64,000 nucleotides of DNA from an uncultured Phycisphaerales bacterium (GTDB lineage Bacteria; Planctomycetota; Phycisphaerae; Sedimentisphaerales; Anaerobacaceae). The DNA lies in contig OY970359.1 in NCBI GenBank assembly GCA_963718665.1, positions 992,001 through 1,056,000 on the forward strand. Reading direction: 5' to 3'. Positions 45,179-56,025 of this stretch are shown here, piece after piece. The position numbers and the translations under genes are program-made. Below the pieces are notes generated by a model that saw only the letters and a list, made by a program, of their open reading frames with translations, had not been told where the DNA came from and ran no database searches. Within the stretch, counting starts at the first letter, position 1. Every line of letters begins with the position of its first letter.

Positions 45179-47602
45179 TCAAGCCCCTTCTATATCAGGA
45201 ACAGTAAAATAAAACGTGGAACCACGTCCTGGCGCGGATTCTACCCAAATTCTTCCCCCGTGTCGTTCGACAATTTTCTTGCAGATTGACAACCCGATAC
45301 CGGTTCCGGCGTAAGTTTTACGGGTATGCAGCCGCTGGAAAATCATAAATATACGCTCAGCGTATTGCGGCTCAATACCAATACCGTTATCACGAACGGC
45401 AAACCGCCAGCAGGCATCCTGACGGATGGCGCTGACGTGAATTTGCGGGGTCTGGTCGCCGCGGAATTTTATGGCGTTGCCGATGAGGTTCTGGAACAAT
45501 CGTGTAAGCTGTAGGTCGTCGAAATAAACGGTCGGCAAATCATCAGCGGTAATTTTTGCGCCCGATTCCTGTATTCCCGCCTGAAGACGCGCTAATGCCT
45601 CGTCGAAGACCTCCTTGGAATTGACCTTCTGAGGTTTTTTACCTTGTGTGCCGACGCGTGAATATTCGAGCAGGCCGTTGATAAGCGACTGCATTCGTTT
45701 GGCACCGTCTATGGTGAAATTCATATATTCGTTTGTTTTTTCGTCGAGGGATTTTTCAAGGTTTCGCCTGAGCAATTCGACAAAGCCGGAGATCGCCCTG
45801 AGCGGCTCCTGTAAATCGTGGCTGGCCACGTATGCGAACTGTTCGAGGTCCTTGTTCGACCGGGACAACTCTTCCGTTCGATGTTTAACGAGGTCTTCCA
45901 GGTGCAGCCGATATTGTTCCAGTTCTGCTTCGGTTGCCTTTTTCTCGGTTATATCACGTGCGGCGACAAAAACGCCCTGGACCTGGCCTGCCTCGTTTTT
46001 ATAGACAGCGGAGTTACAAATCACGTCTGTCAGCCGGCCGTCATGACGCCGAATCGTCAGCGGATAATCAGTGACAAATCCCTCGGCAAAAACCTGCTGG
46101 TAACCTTCTCTTGCCTTTTGGGGTTCGGTGAAATAGTCGGAAAAGCCCGTTCCAATAAGCTTCTCACGCGCCACGCCCGTTACAAGTTCCGTCGCTTTGT
46201 TGACATCGGTAATTTTCCCTTCGGGGCTGATTGTTACCAGCGGGTCGAGAGATGCTTCAAGCAGGCCGCGTGCATACAGCGATGCGGAACGGGATGCTTC
46301 TTCCGCACGAATTCGCTGCTGGACCTGCTTTTGCAGTTCCGTCACAGTTTTATCCAAGTCGGCGGTTCGCTCTTTGACTCTAATCTCCAGCTCATCACGC
46401 GACTTTCGCAGCGCCTCTTCTGCCTTTTTGCGCTCGATGATTTCTCTGTTCAATTCGTCACGGGAAGCGGTGGTCTGCTTTAAATCGAGTGTCATTTTGT
46501 CAAACGACCTCGAAAGCTGACCTATCTCATCCTTAAGGTTGTTACCGAGTTTATAATCCAGATTACCGCTTCCGATAATCGCGGCGCCTTCGGAAAGTCG
46601 TTTTATTGGCTCAGAAATGGAATGGGCGATGGAAAATGCTGTTATGCCGCTTAGAACAATAACAATAACCAAGATTATAGCTGCCAGATTTCTTAAATTT
46701 GTTACATCGACAAATGCTTCTTTGGTATCAATCTTAGCGACCAATCCCCAATCGAGGGAGGGAATATATCGCCAGGCAGCGATAACTTTCTTTCCCCTGT
46801 AGTCAATTGCCTGGCCGGAGCTGGTTCTGCCCTGAATAGCTTCTTGAATAGGGCGGCCGCTCTCTTCTCCTAAAGATACTCTTCTTTTAAGGGCCGCCTG
46901 TGGGTCATGCCTGAGAGGGTTTAAGAATTCCGCCTGATTGCCGATTCTCCTGGCCACCAGGACCTCGCCCGTATTACCCAGTCCGGTTGTATCCTGTATA
47001 AGGTTATAAATGGGGGTCATATCTATTTCAAAAGCAATGACCCCGATAAAAACACCGTTAAAATCAGAGGCCGGAGCGGCAAGCAGCGTTTCGAATCTTT
47101 TGTCTTCGGCTGTGTCGAAATATACATCCGAAAAGTAAATTCTGCTTTTCCCCTCAGCGAAGGCCTTCTGTTCAGCGTCAAGGCCATTAGGCATATCTTT
47201 TAAGTAATGCCCCGGTCTAAGTGAGTAAACGACCTTGCCTTGCAGATTAACCAGCATAATATCAGCCAGGTCTGAAACCGACTGCATCTGTTGTAATTGC
47301 GCATCGAGCATTTTCCTGGCAGCGAGGAACTCCGGATTATTCGGGTCGTCGGCAAGCCGGATTAGTACAGGAAGATTTTTCTTAATGTCGTAAAAACCCT
47401 GGGCTATCTCCATGCGTGCCTTTAATCCGGCAAAATATGCTTCTATTCTATCCGCTCTAAAAACAGCAAGGTCCCGCAACTGTGAAAAGCGATTGGTCTC
47501 GAGGGAATTTTTATAATTAGTGAAGGTCAAGGCACTTACAAAGATTAAAGGAATCGAGGCAATCGCCAGAAACATGATGGCAAGTTTCAATCTTATAGAC
47601 AT
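45179..47602 (-). CDS. Membrane sensor histidine kinase (Cache-HAMP-PAS-HisKA-HATPase)
   Basis: Two TM helices around a periplasmic domain, HAMP (DEIGQL), PAS, FAYVASHDLQEPLR, NAIKF, DNGIG, GTGIGL. Confidence 0.93.
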   Translation of the reverse strand: MSIRLKLAIMFLAIASIPLIFVSALTFTNYKNSLETNRFSQLRDLAVFRADRIEAYFAGLKARMEIAQGFYDIKKNLPVLIRLADDPNNPEFLAARKMLDAQLQQMQSVSDLADIMLVNLQGKVVYSLRPGHYLKDMPNGLDAEQKAFAEGKSRIYFSDVYFDTAEDKRFETLLAAPASDFNGVFIGVIAFEIDMTPIYNLIQDTTGLGNTGEVLVARRIGNQAEFLNPLRHDPQAALKRRVSLGEESGRPIQEAIQGRTSSGQAIDYRGKKVIAAWRYIPSLDWGLVAKIDTKEAFVDVTNLRNLAAIILVIVIVLSGITAFSIAHSISEPIKRLSEGAAIIGSGNLDYKLGNNLKDEIGQLSRSFDKMTLDLKQTTASRDELNREIIERKKAEEALRKSRDELEIRVKERTADLDKTVTELQKQVQQRIRAEEASRSASLYARGLLEASLDPLVTISPEGKITDVNKATELVTGVAREKLIGTGFSDYFTEPQKAREGYQQVFAEGFVTDYPLTIRRHDGRLTDVICNSAVYKNEAGQVQGVFVAARDITEKKATEAELEQYRLHLEDLVKHRTEELSRSNKDLEQFAYVASHDLQEPLRAISGFVELLRRNLEKSLDEKTNEYMNFTIDGAKRMQSLINGLLEYSRVGTQGKKPQKVNSKEVFDEALARLQAGIQESGAKITADDLPTVYFDDLQLTRLFQNLIGNAIKFRGDQTPQIHVSAIRQDACWRFAVRDNGIGIEPQYAERIFMIFQRLHTRKTYAGTGIGLSICKKIVERHGGRIWVESAPGRGSTFYFTVPDIEGA

Positions 47603-48216
47603 ATAAATCCAATCCCCAAAACAATAAACAAAACGGCCGAGTGCAAGGCGACAGCGGAATTTACTCCTTCAATGAAATAATAAAGAAACGGGGCGTTAAT
47701 GATATAGCCGACCACCGCCATCGCTCCGATTAAGCCAACTATTACGCCAATAATCTTCAGCTTTGACTGTAATTTATCGGGATTCAACGTGGCTAAAATG
47801 CCAGCCGAGGCAATCAATATAAAATTGAATATCGTGGGCAATGACGGCCGGCCGGGGGTCACGGTCTTTACAGTGCCTGATGCCTCTTTAATAAATAAAT
47901 CCTCCGCACCTGTTCGAATCTTGAAAACCGCGGAGAAAAATAACGTTCCCATAAGAAGAATGATTATTAGAGACGTTACGGAAAGTGCCACCTGGGCCTT
48001 GTCGAATTCGCCTTCCGCGACCCTGACAATAAAATAGAGAGTGATGCCGCTCAAAACAAAAGCGATGGCGGTGTCAAATTTCATTGATACCCACGCAGGA
48101 GAAATGCTTTTCAGGAGGCCGACATTAAATATCCAGCCGATCATTACCAAAATCCCGGCAATAGTTACAACCAGTGACAACGCCTTGGCTGTCTTTCTTT
48201 TCTTTTCCGGGGTCAT
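47593..48216 (-). CDS. Polytopic membrane protein resembling a stand-alone membrane sensor module
   Basis: Multiple TM helices; GW...LL......MK..TA..F pattern; ATG at 48216; overlaps the kinase start. Confidence 0.7.
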   Translation of the reverse strand: MTPEKKRKTAKALSLVVTIAGILVMIGWIFNVGLLKSISPAWVSMKFDTAIAFVLSGITLYFIVRVAEGEFDKAQVALSVTSLIIILLMGTLFFSAVFKIRTGAEDLFIKEASGTVKTVTPGRPSLPTIFNFILIASAGILATLNPDKLQSKLKIIGVIVGLIGAMAVVGYIINAPFLYYFIEGVNSAVALHSAVLFIVLGIGFICL

Positions 48217-48638
48217 ATCGTGACCAATATCGCGTAAATAATATAACGTGAGAAGTTTTTCATAAATCCAAATCACCCTGTCTCGGGAAGTCCGGCGGCC
48301 CGTATAAGCTCATAATTGACCCTGGGTGGGGCTTCTTTGCGAAGTGTCTCAACCGCCTCGTTTTCCCGTTTTGTGGCCATAAAGGCAACCTAAATCGTTT
48401 GGCCTGGCGCAGTAAGGCAAAGGATTACTATATTATGCCGAAATACCGCAAATAATCAATAATTTAGCTACAACCCTGCCCCCTAAATACGGGGGGATTC
48501 AGGTGTTAGGGCGTTATCAAACAGCTAACCCTGTTATTGCTATGGCCGGGTGTTTCCAGGCAATTCTGCCGGCAGGATTTATGAAAGCGTTTTCAACTTT
48601 TACCGGAAGCTGTGAACCAGTCATTTCATCAACAATTT

Positions 48639-50177
48639 CTACCCATGGTCAACGGTGCCGTATTCATTCGTTGAATTGGCGGCAATTTCTTTCATTTGAG
48701 GGTAAATATTTTTTAACATCTTACGGAAGTGAACCCCATATATCGAAAGGCGAACAGCCAGAGGCAACCGACGGGGATTTTTGAGCGACCAGAGCATAAG
48801 CATCCAATAGTGCATCTTGCCCTTCTCTATTATGCCAATTCGCCACATTGACCTGAGAAACGCCTTGATGTCGCAATATCTAAATTTAAGTTTTGCCTTG
48901 TCACTGAAATGGTAGTTTTTAAGAAATGTTTTGATGCGTTTGCAATAGTATTTCTGCGAGTAGATGGTGTTCAGCACTTTAATATACCCGCTCAGGAGTT
49001 CGTGAATATCCATCCTGGGAATAAAATTCATTGTGCAGTCCATATTGTCCCCGGTTGCGGGCGTTGTTAATCTGTTTTCGCTCATCAGCTTTTTATAGAG
49101 TTTCGTTCCGGGGGGGGCGTTGAGCAGCCCGACCATCGCCGTAACGACGCCGCTATCCTGAATTAAACTTATCAATTTGTCAAACACACCCGGTTTATCG
49201 TTATCGAAACCGAGAATAAAGCCAGCCTGGACCTGCATGCCAAATCGCTGTATCTTCTTAACCGCCGCCACAATGTCACGTCCGGTGTTTTGTATTTTGT
49301 TGCATTCGGCCAAACTCGACTCATTCGGAGATTCGATGCCGATAAATACACTGTTAAATCCGGCCCTGCCCATCAGGGTCATAAGCTCCTCGTCATCCAC
49401 CAGGTCGATAGAGGTCTGTGTATTGAAGGAGAACGGTTTTTTTCTTTTATCCATCCAGTTGATTATTGCCGGGAGCAATTCGTTTTTAAGCTGCTGGCGT
49501 TTTCCTATAAAGTTATCGTCAACAAAAAAAACGTCGCCTCGCCATTTATGAACATAAAGGTTTTCGAGTTCATCGATTATCTGGCTGGTTGTCTTTGTTC
49601 GCACCTTATGGCCCAGCAGGGCTGTAATATCGCAAAAATCACAATTAAACGGACATCCACGGGAGTATTGAATGCACATCACGGCGTATTTTTTCATATT
49701 AATTAAATCCCACTGCGGGATTGGCGTACTTTTAAGGTCGGGTCTTTCGTGAGCAGTATAAACTGATTTGGGACATCCCTTTTCAAGGTCGCTCAAAAAG
49801 GCAGGCAGCGTGATTTCCGCTTCCTGCAGTATGAGGTGGTCAATATTCGAATAGGACTCGGAAAAAGCAGAAAACAGCGGACCTCCGGCAACGATTTTAG
49901 TGCTCAGTTTTTTACAGCGCTCGATAATCTGGTCAACCGATTTTTTCTGAATCACCATCCCGGTTACGAAAACGTAGTCCGCCCAGGCAATATCCTGGTC
50001 GCGCAGAACGGTTACGTTCATATCAACCAGTTTTTTCTCGAAAGATTCCGGAAGCATAGCGGCAACCGTAAGCAGTCCGAGAGGCGGAAGAATCGCCTTT
50101 TTGGAAACAAACTTTAAGGCGCTTTTCAAACTCCAGAACGTGTTTGGAACTTCCGGATTGACAAGCAAAATTTTCAA
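48639..50177 (-). CDS. B12-binding radical SAM protein (DUF4070-type)
   Basis: PPLGLLTVAAM B12-binding N-terminus; SRGCPFNCDFC; FVDDNF; GIES; GFILGFD.D. Confidence 0.9.
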   Translation of the reverse strand: MKILLVNPEVPNTFWSLKSALKFVSKKAILPPLGLLTVAAMLPESFEKKLVDMNVTVLRDQDIAWADYVFVTGMVIQKKSVDQIIERCKKLSTKIVAGGPLFSAFSESYSNIDHLILQEAEITLPAFLSDLEKGCPKSVYTAHERPDLKSTPIPQWDLINMKKYAVMCIQYSRGCPFNCDFCDITALLGHKVRTKTTSQIIDELENLYVHKWRGDVFFVDDNFIGKRQQLKNELLPAIINWMDKRKKPFSFNTQTSIDLVDDEELMTLMGRAGFNSVFIGIESPNESSLAECNKIQNTGRDIVAAVKKIQRFGMQVQAGFILGFDNDKPGVFDKLISLIQDSGVVTAMVGLLNAPPGTKLYKKLMSENRLTTPATGDNMDCTMNFIPRMDIHELLSGYIKVLNTIYSQKYYCKRIKTFLKNYHFSDKAKLKFRYCDIKAFLRSMWRIGIIEKGKMHYWMLMLWSLKNPRRLPLAVRLSIYGVHFRKMLKNIYPQMKEIAANSTNEYGTVDHG

Positions 50178-50274
50178 TTTATTTTCCTAAGCCGGACACC
50201 GGCACACTGCCTGCGATTAGGTTTTGTACCGTGTCCGAATTATACGGACAGTTCGATGTTATATCCACTTTTTT

Positions 50275-50943
50275 CTAAGGGCGTTTTTTCGTCAATTCGT
50301 CGAGATACTTTGCCGCGGCATCTTTACCGCCTAATCCAAAGGCAAGCGCAAGGGCAAGGACGATACCGCCGAGGATGATATTGAAGGCAGTACCCACCAG
50401 AAGCGGTGCGATACCAAGCTCTTCCATCGCAATAGTCACCGCGAAGATTACAATCGCCCATCGACTTATGCCGGCAATTAGTTCGGGTTTGGGCAGTTTC
50501 GCATTGCCGCAGGCCGTGCGAACTATTTCCGATACAAAACTGGCCAGAAACATTGCGACCACCAGAACAAGCAGGGCCGCTATCACCTTGGGAACATAAG
50601 CGAATAAGCTCGTAAGAACATCCGATGCCTTTGGCAGCCCCAGTGCGTCAACGGTCATCACTAAAACCATAATGATAATAAGCCAATAAACCAGGCCGCT
50701 TACGACCTCACGGGCGTTAATCTTCAAATCGCCTTTTCTGAGGACTTCTGATATACCCGCTTTGTCCGCTATCGCATCGAAGCGTACTGCCTTAAGCAGC
50801 AAGTCAACTGCCCGCCTGATTAACTTGGCCACAATCCAGCCCACTATCAGGATTATCAACGCGCCAAGCAGGATTGGAAGATAGGCCAGTATCCTCGTCA
50901 GCATCTGGCGAATCGGGTCAGTTATAAGTTCGTTCCAGTTCAT
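50275..50943 (-). CDS. TM-helix repeat protein (MscS-TM/CmpX-like)
   Basis: Two repeats of Y(L/V)P.(L/V)..A..(I/V)L; ALAFGLGG. Confidence 0.8.
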   Translation of the reverse strand: MNWNELITDPIRQMLTRILAYLPILLGALIILIVGWIVAKLIRRAVDLLLKAVRFDAIADKAGISEVLRKGDLKINAREVVSGLVYWLIIIMVLVMTVDALGLPKASDVLTSLFAYVPKVIAALLVLVVAMFLASFVSEIVRTACGNAKLPKPELIAGISRWAIVIFAVTIAMEELGIAPLLVGTAFNIILGGIVLALALAFGLGGKDAAAKYLDELTKKRP

Positions 50944-51187
50944 TTTTTTGTCTCCTATTAAATTGTTAACGTTTAGTATTTTGACTCCTTTTTATGTTCT
51001 TATGCTTCCTTTACCGCATAATTATGTACTTACAAAGGTGATTACGCAATAAGAATAAAGCTTAATTGCTTAGTGTCGTCAGTGCCAATGCGCCTGCTTT
51101 TGTTCAACGCGATTGTGAATAGTGATTGACTTCCGGCAAAACCGCGTATGCTTATCCCGGACAAACGTATTGTATGATGACGGATAA

Positions 51188-51505
51188 TCACCTTTTACTA
51201 TTGCCCAGGTACTTGAGATAAATTTCTCTTGCCCAGTTTAATTGCGTGCCTGCGGCTTCAACAGCAGTGATAAGCAGCGCCTCGGTTATTTCTTCTTTTG
51301 TTACGCCCGCCTCAAGAGCCGCCTTTATATGTGATTCGGTGCAATGCGGGCAGCGAAACGCCGAAGCCAGGGACAGCATCAATAATTCGCGTGTCTTTGT
51401 GTCAAGGACGCCTCCTTTGGTACAGGCGTCGTAGAAATTCTGGAACGGCTGGCCTATTTCTGGGGAGTTTAGAACATACCATGGCGTTACTTTTTCAGAA
51501 ATCAT
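51188..51505 (-). CDS. Carboxymuconolactone decarboxylase/AhpD-family protein
   Basis: LD.KTREL, RCPHCTESH, AL..G.TKEEI.EA; ATG at 51505 after GGAG. Confidence 0.85.
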   Translation of the reverse strand: MISEKVTPWYVLNSPEIGQPFQNFYDACTKGGVLDTKTRELLMLSLASAFRCPHCTESHIKAALEAGVTKEEITEALLITAVEAAGTQLNWAREIYLKYLGNSKR

Positions 51506-51580
51506 CTTTATCTCCAAAGGTTCTTTGGCCTTTAAGATTTATATTTGGGCATCCGTGCCCGTTAATAAGCTATATCCCTG

Positions 51581-51814
51581 CTATGCTCTTATGGCCACCG
51601 CGCAGGCAGACCTGCGATACGGGGGCAGATACTGGCTGCCCCTGCCGTCTCTTTCTCGGCAAATGCGACCATACACTTCCTTACGGTAAACAGGTACGGA
51701 TTTAGGAGCGTTTATTCCCAGTTGAATCTCATTGCGCCCGATACCGACAATCATAATCTCAATGTCGTCGCCAACCATAATTGACTCATCCCTGTGTCTG
51801 CTCAAAACCAGCAT
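51581..51814 (-). CDS. csrA: Carbon storage regulator
   Basis: MLVLSR...ESI.VGD.I.I....LGI.AP..V.V.R.EV. Confidence 0.93.
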   Translation of the reverse strand: MLVLSRHRDESIMVGDDIEIMIVGIGRNEIQLGINAPKSVPVYRKEVYGRICRERDGRGSQYLPPYRRSACAVAIRA

Positions 51815-52043
51815 TTTAAAACTCCTTAATATTTAACGCTGTGTTACGGGCTGATAATACCCTTTTTAGACAAGATACACACAAAGCCCTGAATAGGTAA
51901 TTGGGGAAATGCTTAATTGATGCTTCGCAATCGCTTAGTCCAGAGCGGACTCCAAAGCAGCCGATATATAAGAGGAAACAAGAATTTGAAGCAAAACGTA
52001 GAATAAGCGAAGAACTTAGGGTATTATGGACGAGAGGTCAAAA

Positions 52044-54485
52044 ATGGAACACTATGTTTGTATTCACGGACACTTTTACCAGCCGCCGAGAGAGAACCCG
52101 TGGCTGGAAGAGGTGGAGCTGCAGGATTCGGCCTATCCCTACCACGACTGGAACGAGAGGATAACCGAAGAATGCTACAGGCCCAACATGGCCTCGCGGA
52201 TACTCGGCCCCGACCGCAAAATTATCGACATCGTCAACAACTACTCCAAAATCAGTTTCGACTTCGGCCCCACGCTGCTGTCGTGGCTTGAAAGGCACGC
52301 ACCGGATGTTTATCAGGGAGTGATTGATGCCGACAAAAAAAGCCAAGAGCGATTTTCAGGACACGGTGCGGCCATCGCCCAGGCGTATAACCATATCGTT
52401 ATGCCTCTTGCCAACGGCCGGGACAAACGCACGCAGGTTGCCTGGGGGATATACGATTTTGAGCACAGGTTTGGCAGAAAGCCGGAGGGTATGTGGCTTC
52501 CCGAAACCGCCACGGATTTAGAGACGCTCGACATACTCGCCGAGTACGAGATTAAATTCACGATACTTTCTCCTCATCAGGCCAAGCGCGTCCGCAGTAT
52601 TGGCGCAACGGACTGGATAAATATCGAGAAAGATAAAATTGACACAACAAAACCGTATCTTTGCCGGCTTGCCTCAGGACGAACGATAAGTTTGTTTTTC
52701 TACCACGGGCCGGTCGCCAATGAAGTGGCCAACGGCCATATCTTGCAGAACGGCGAGGTTTTCGCTAAAAAACTTAACTGGATTTTCACGGGGAGCAATG
52801 CGGAACACCAGCTTGCCCACATCGCCACCGACGGCGAGACATTCGGCCATCATCACCGTTACACCGATATGGCGCTTGCCTATTGCCTTCATTACGTTGA
52901 GGCCAACAAACTCGCGAAACTAACGGTGTATGGCGAATACCTCGAAAAATATCCCCCAGCCGAAGAGGTTGAGATTTACGAGAACAGCTCGTGGAGCTGC
53001 AGCCACGGAGTGGAAAGATGGAAGGCAAACTGCGGCTGTAATTACGGACGCTTTCCCTCGGGCAAACAGCAATGGCGTGCGCCTCTGCGGGAGGCAATGA
53101 ACTGGCTCAGAGACCGGCTCGCGGAAATTTACGAAAGCAGGATGAAGCAGTTTGTCGCTGACCCGTGGGGACTAAGGGACAAGTATATAGCGGTCATAAA
53201 TGACAGGTCCGCCGAAAACATGGAGAAATTTATAACCGAGTCGGCGGGCAGCGACCTGGATTTCGGCGAGAAGGTGATTTTTCTCAAACTGCTGGAAATA
53301 CAAAGAAACGCCCTGCTTATGTTTACAAGCTGCGGATGGTTTTTTGACGACATCAGCGGCATTGAAACGCTCCAGATAATGCAATACGCCTCGCGGGCGA
53401 TTCAATTAGCTAAAGAAATAGAAAACAGGGATTTTGAACCTGAGTTTGAATCGATACTCAAAAATGCGCCTACAAATGAAAAAGAATTCGCCGACGGAAA
53501 AGCCGTATATGAACGATACATTAAAACCAGCACGGTTGATTTGAACCGTGTGGCGGTGCATTTCGCGATAAGCTCGATATTCACGGAACATCCAAAGGAG
53601 CAGACGAGCATTTACTGCTACTCCGCCAGGACGGAGATATACGAACGGACGGAGGCGGGAATCCAAGTGCTTGTTACAGGCAGGGCCACGGTGCAGTCGG
53701 CCATTGTTCTGGAAGAATACACGGTGGATTTCGCTGCGTTACACCGGGGAGACCCGTATATAATCGCCGCCGGCAAAGGGCGTATGTCCGACAGTTTGTT
53801 TTCAGCCATCCAGCACGATTTGAAAACCGCTTTTCTCAAAGGGGACACCAATGAGGTTATGCGCCTGATGAACGTGGCGTTTGCGGGCCAGAGTTATTCG
53901 CTGTGGCATCTTTTCAAGGATGAGCAAAGGCATATCCTCAACCAGCTGCTCGATACGACCTGGCTTGAGATTGAGGCGTCGTTTCGGCACATTTACGAGC
54001 ACAACTACGCGATAATGCAGGCGATGCGCGGAATGAATATCCCGCTGCCAAAAGCCCTGGCCGGCCCTGCTGAGTTCATACTGAACGAGGCGCTGTGCAA
54101 AATAATCCGGGATGAGCGGGATGAGCACGCCACCCTGCTTGAACATCTTCAAATACTGGCCGACGAAGCAACCAGATTTTCCCTTCAGCTCGATAAAGCC
54201 ACTATCCAGTTCGAGGCGAGCAAGAAGATAAACCGGCTTATGACCCAACTGGAAGAGTCCCCTGAAAATACCGAGCTTCTTGAAGCGATAGAGGCAACGG
54301 TGAGGATTTTACTGTCAATCGTAACGGAGCTTAATCTTCAGACGGCTCAAAACGTATTCTTCGATATCAGCAAAAAGACATATCCGGAAATGAACAAAAA
54401 AGCCCAGGCGGGCGACCAGGTGTCGCAAAAATGGGTTGAACATTTCACGAAACTGGCAAGATATTTGGGAGTTAAGCTGCCATAA
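52044..54485 (+). CDS. GH57-family protein with DUF3536
   Basis: CIHGHFYQPPRENPW, GMWLPETA, ATDGETFGHH, SWSC.HGVERW, MFTSCGWFFD. Confidence 0.92.
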   Translation: MEHYVCIHGHFYQPPRENPWLEEVELQDSAYPYHDWNERITEECYRPNMASRILGPDRKIIDIVNNYSKISFDFGPTLLSWLERHAPDVYQGVIDADKKSQERFSGHGAAIAQAYNHIVMPLANGRDKRTQVAWGIYDFEHRFGRKPEGMWLPETATDLETLDILAEYEIKFTILSPHQAKRVRSIGATDWINIEKDKIDTTKPYLCRLASGRTISLFFYHGPVANEVANGHILQNGEVFAKKLNWIFTGSNAEHQLAHIATDGETFGHHHRYTDMALAYCLHYVEANKLAKLTVYGEYLEKYPPAEEVEIYENSSWSCSHGVERWKANCGCNYGRFPSGKQQWRAPLREAMNWLRDRLAEIYESRMKQFVADPWGLRDKYIAVINDRSAENMEKFITESAGSDLDFGEKVIFLKLLEIQRNALLMFTSCGWFFDDISGIETLQIMQYASRAIQLAKEIENRDFEPEFESILKNAPTNEKEFADGKAVYERYIKTSTVDLNRVAVHFAISSIFTEHPKEQTSIYCYSARTEIYERTEAGIQVLVTGRATVQSAIVLEEYTVDFAALHRGDPYIIAAGKGRMSDSLFSAIQHDLKTAFLKGDTNEVMRLMNVAFAGQSYSLWHLFKDEQRHILNQLLDTTWLEIEASFRHIYEHNYAIMQAMRGMNIPLPKALAGPAEFILNEALCKIIRDERDEHATLLEHLQILADEATRFSLQLDKATIQFEASKKINRLMTQLEESPENTELLEAIEATVRILLSIVTELNLQTAQNVFFDISKKTYPEMNKKAQAGDQVSQKWVEHFTKLARYLGVKLP

Positions 54486-54490
54486 GGGCT

Positions 54491-56014
54491 ATGCCGCCGG
54501 GAAAAACGACTATGACGCAAAAAAGAGCAAGCGGCTTACTTCTGCACATAACTTCGCTTCCATCAAAATACGGCATAGGCGACCTCGGCCCGCAGGCATA
54601 CAGGTTTGCTGATTTTCTCGCACGGGCAAAACAAAAGTTTTGGCAGATGCTGCCCCTGAACCCACTTACTCTCAGGCAAAATCCTTATTCGCCGTATAAC
54701 TGCATCTCCGCCTTCGCGGGCAACTCACTCCTTATCAGCCCGGATTTGTTATATCAACAGGGTCTTTTGCTCAAAGACCAACTTCAGGATTGTCCCCGCT
54801 TTGCAAAGTCAAAGGTTGAATATCCCAAAGTTGTCTCTTATAAGACAAAATTATTGAACGCCGCATACGAACGATTCAAAGTTTCAAAAAAGCAAAGCGA
54901 TTACGAGCGGTTTTGTATCGAGAACGCGACCTGGCTTGATGATTTCGCGTTGTTTGTCGCGCTGCGTCGGCACTTCGGACGCATCTTATGGTGCGACTGG
55001 CCCGCAAAACTGCGCGATAGATATAAGGATGCAATCAAGACTGCTGGAAACGCTTTTGCGGAAGCAATCGGCAGGGAAAAATTTTTTCAATATCTGTTTT
55101 TTAAGCAATTGGTCTCTCTCAAGAGCTACTGCAAACAGCTCGGAATCAAACTGATTGGCGATATTCCGATTTATGTCGCGTATGACAGCGCTGATGTCTG
55201 GAGTAATCCTGAAATCTTCAAACTGACCAAAGCTAAAAAAAACCGTTTTATCGCAGGCGTGCCGCCCGATTATTTCAGCAAAACGGGGCAGTTATGGAGC
55301 AACCCCGTTTATGACTGGGCAGCGTTGAAAAATACTCGGTATCGCTGGTGGCTCGAACGTATAGGACACAATCTTAAACTGTTCGATATAGTCAGAATTG
55401 ACCATTTCAGGGGTTTCTTCGCTTACTGGCAGGTTCCCGCGGATAGCTCAACCGCGGCCAATGGCAAGTGGGTGAAATGTCCCTATGAGGATTTTTTCAA
55501 TACGCTGTTTAAGCGATTGGACCCGCAATCAATCATAGCGGAAGATTTGGGACTTATTACGTCCGACGTCAAAACGTTTATCGAAAAACATCACCTGACT
55601 GGAATGCGTGTGCTTCAGTTCGGCTTCGACGGCAATCTCGCCAAAAATCCGCACTTCCCGGCCAACCACATAAAAAATACGATTGTCTATACCGGCACGC
55701 ACGACAACAATACCGCCGTCGGCTGGTTCACAAAAGACGCGACCGCGGCGCAAAAGAAGATTCTCTTTGCGTGCCTCGGGCGCAAGGTTTCGACCAATCA
55801 GATAAATTGGGGACTTATAAAACTCGCGATGAGCTCCACTGGCAATCTTGCTATAATTCCCGTGCAGGATGTTTTAGGACTGGGCGAATCAGCCCGTATG
55901 AATCGCCCCGCCAGGATAAAAGGCAACTGGCAATGGCGGCTGCATCCGGGCCAGCTTACGCCTCAAATCTCAAAGAAGATTGCAAAGTTGTCTGCTGCCA
56001 GCCGCAGGACATAA
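54491..56014 (+). CDS. malQ: 4-alpha-glucanotransferase (GH77)
   Basis: SGLLLHITSLP, GDIPIYV..DSADVW, GVPPDYFS.TGQLW, RIDHFRG, AEDLG, YTGTHDN. Confidence 0.96.
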   Translation: MPPGKTTMTQKRASGLLLHITSLPSKYGIGDLGPQAYRFADFLARAKQKFWQMLPLNPLTLRQNPYSPYNCISAFAGNSLLISPDLLYQQGLLLKDQLQDCPRFAKSKVEYPKVVSYKTKLLNAAYERFKVSKKQSDYERFCIENATWLDDFALFVALRRHFGRILWCDWPAKLRDRYKDAIKTAGNAFAEAIGREKFFQYLFFKQLVSLKSYCKQLGIKLIGDIPIYVAYDSADVWSNPEIFKLTKAKKNRFIAGVPPDYFSKTGQLWSNPVYDWAALKNTRYRWWLERIGHNLKLFDIVRIDHFRGFFAYWQVPADSSTAANGKWVKCPYEDFFNTLFKRLDPQSIIAEDLGLITSDVKTFIEKHHLTGMRVLQFGFDGNLAKNPHFPANHIKNTIVYTGTHDNNTAVGWFTKDATAAQKKILFACLGRKVSTNQINWGLIKLAMSSTGNLAIIPVQDVLGLGESARMNRPARIKGNWQWRLHPGQLTPQISKKIAKLSAASRRT

Positions 56015-56025
56015 AATCGCCGGCG

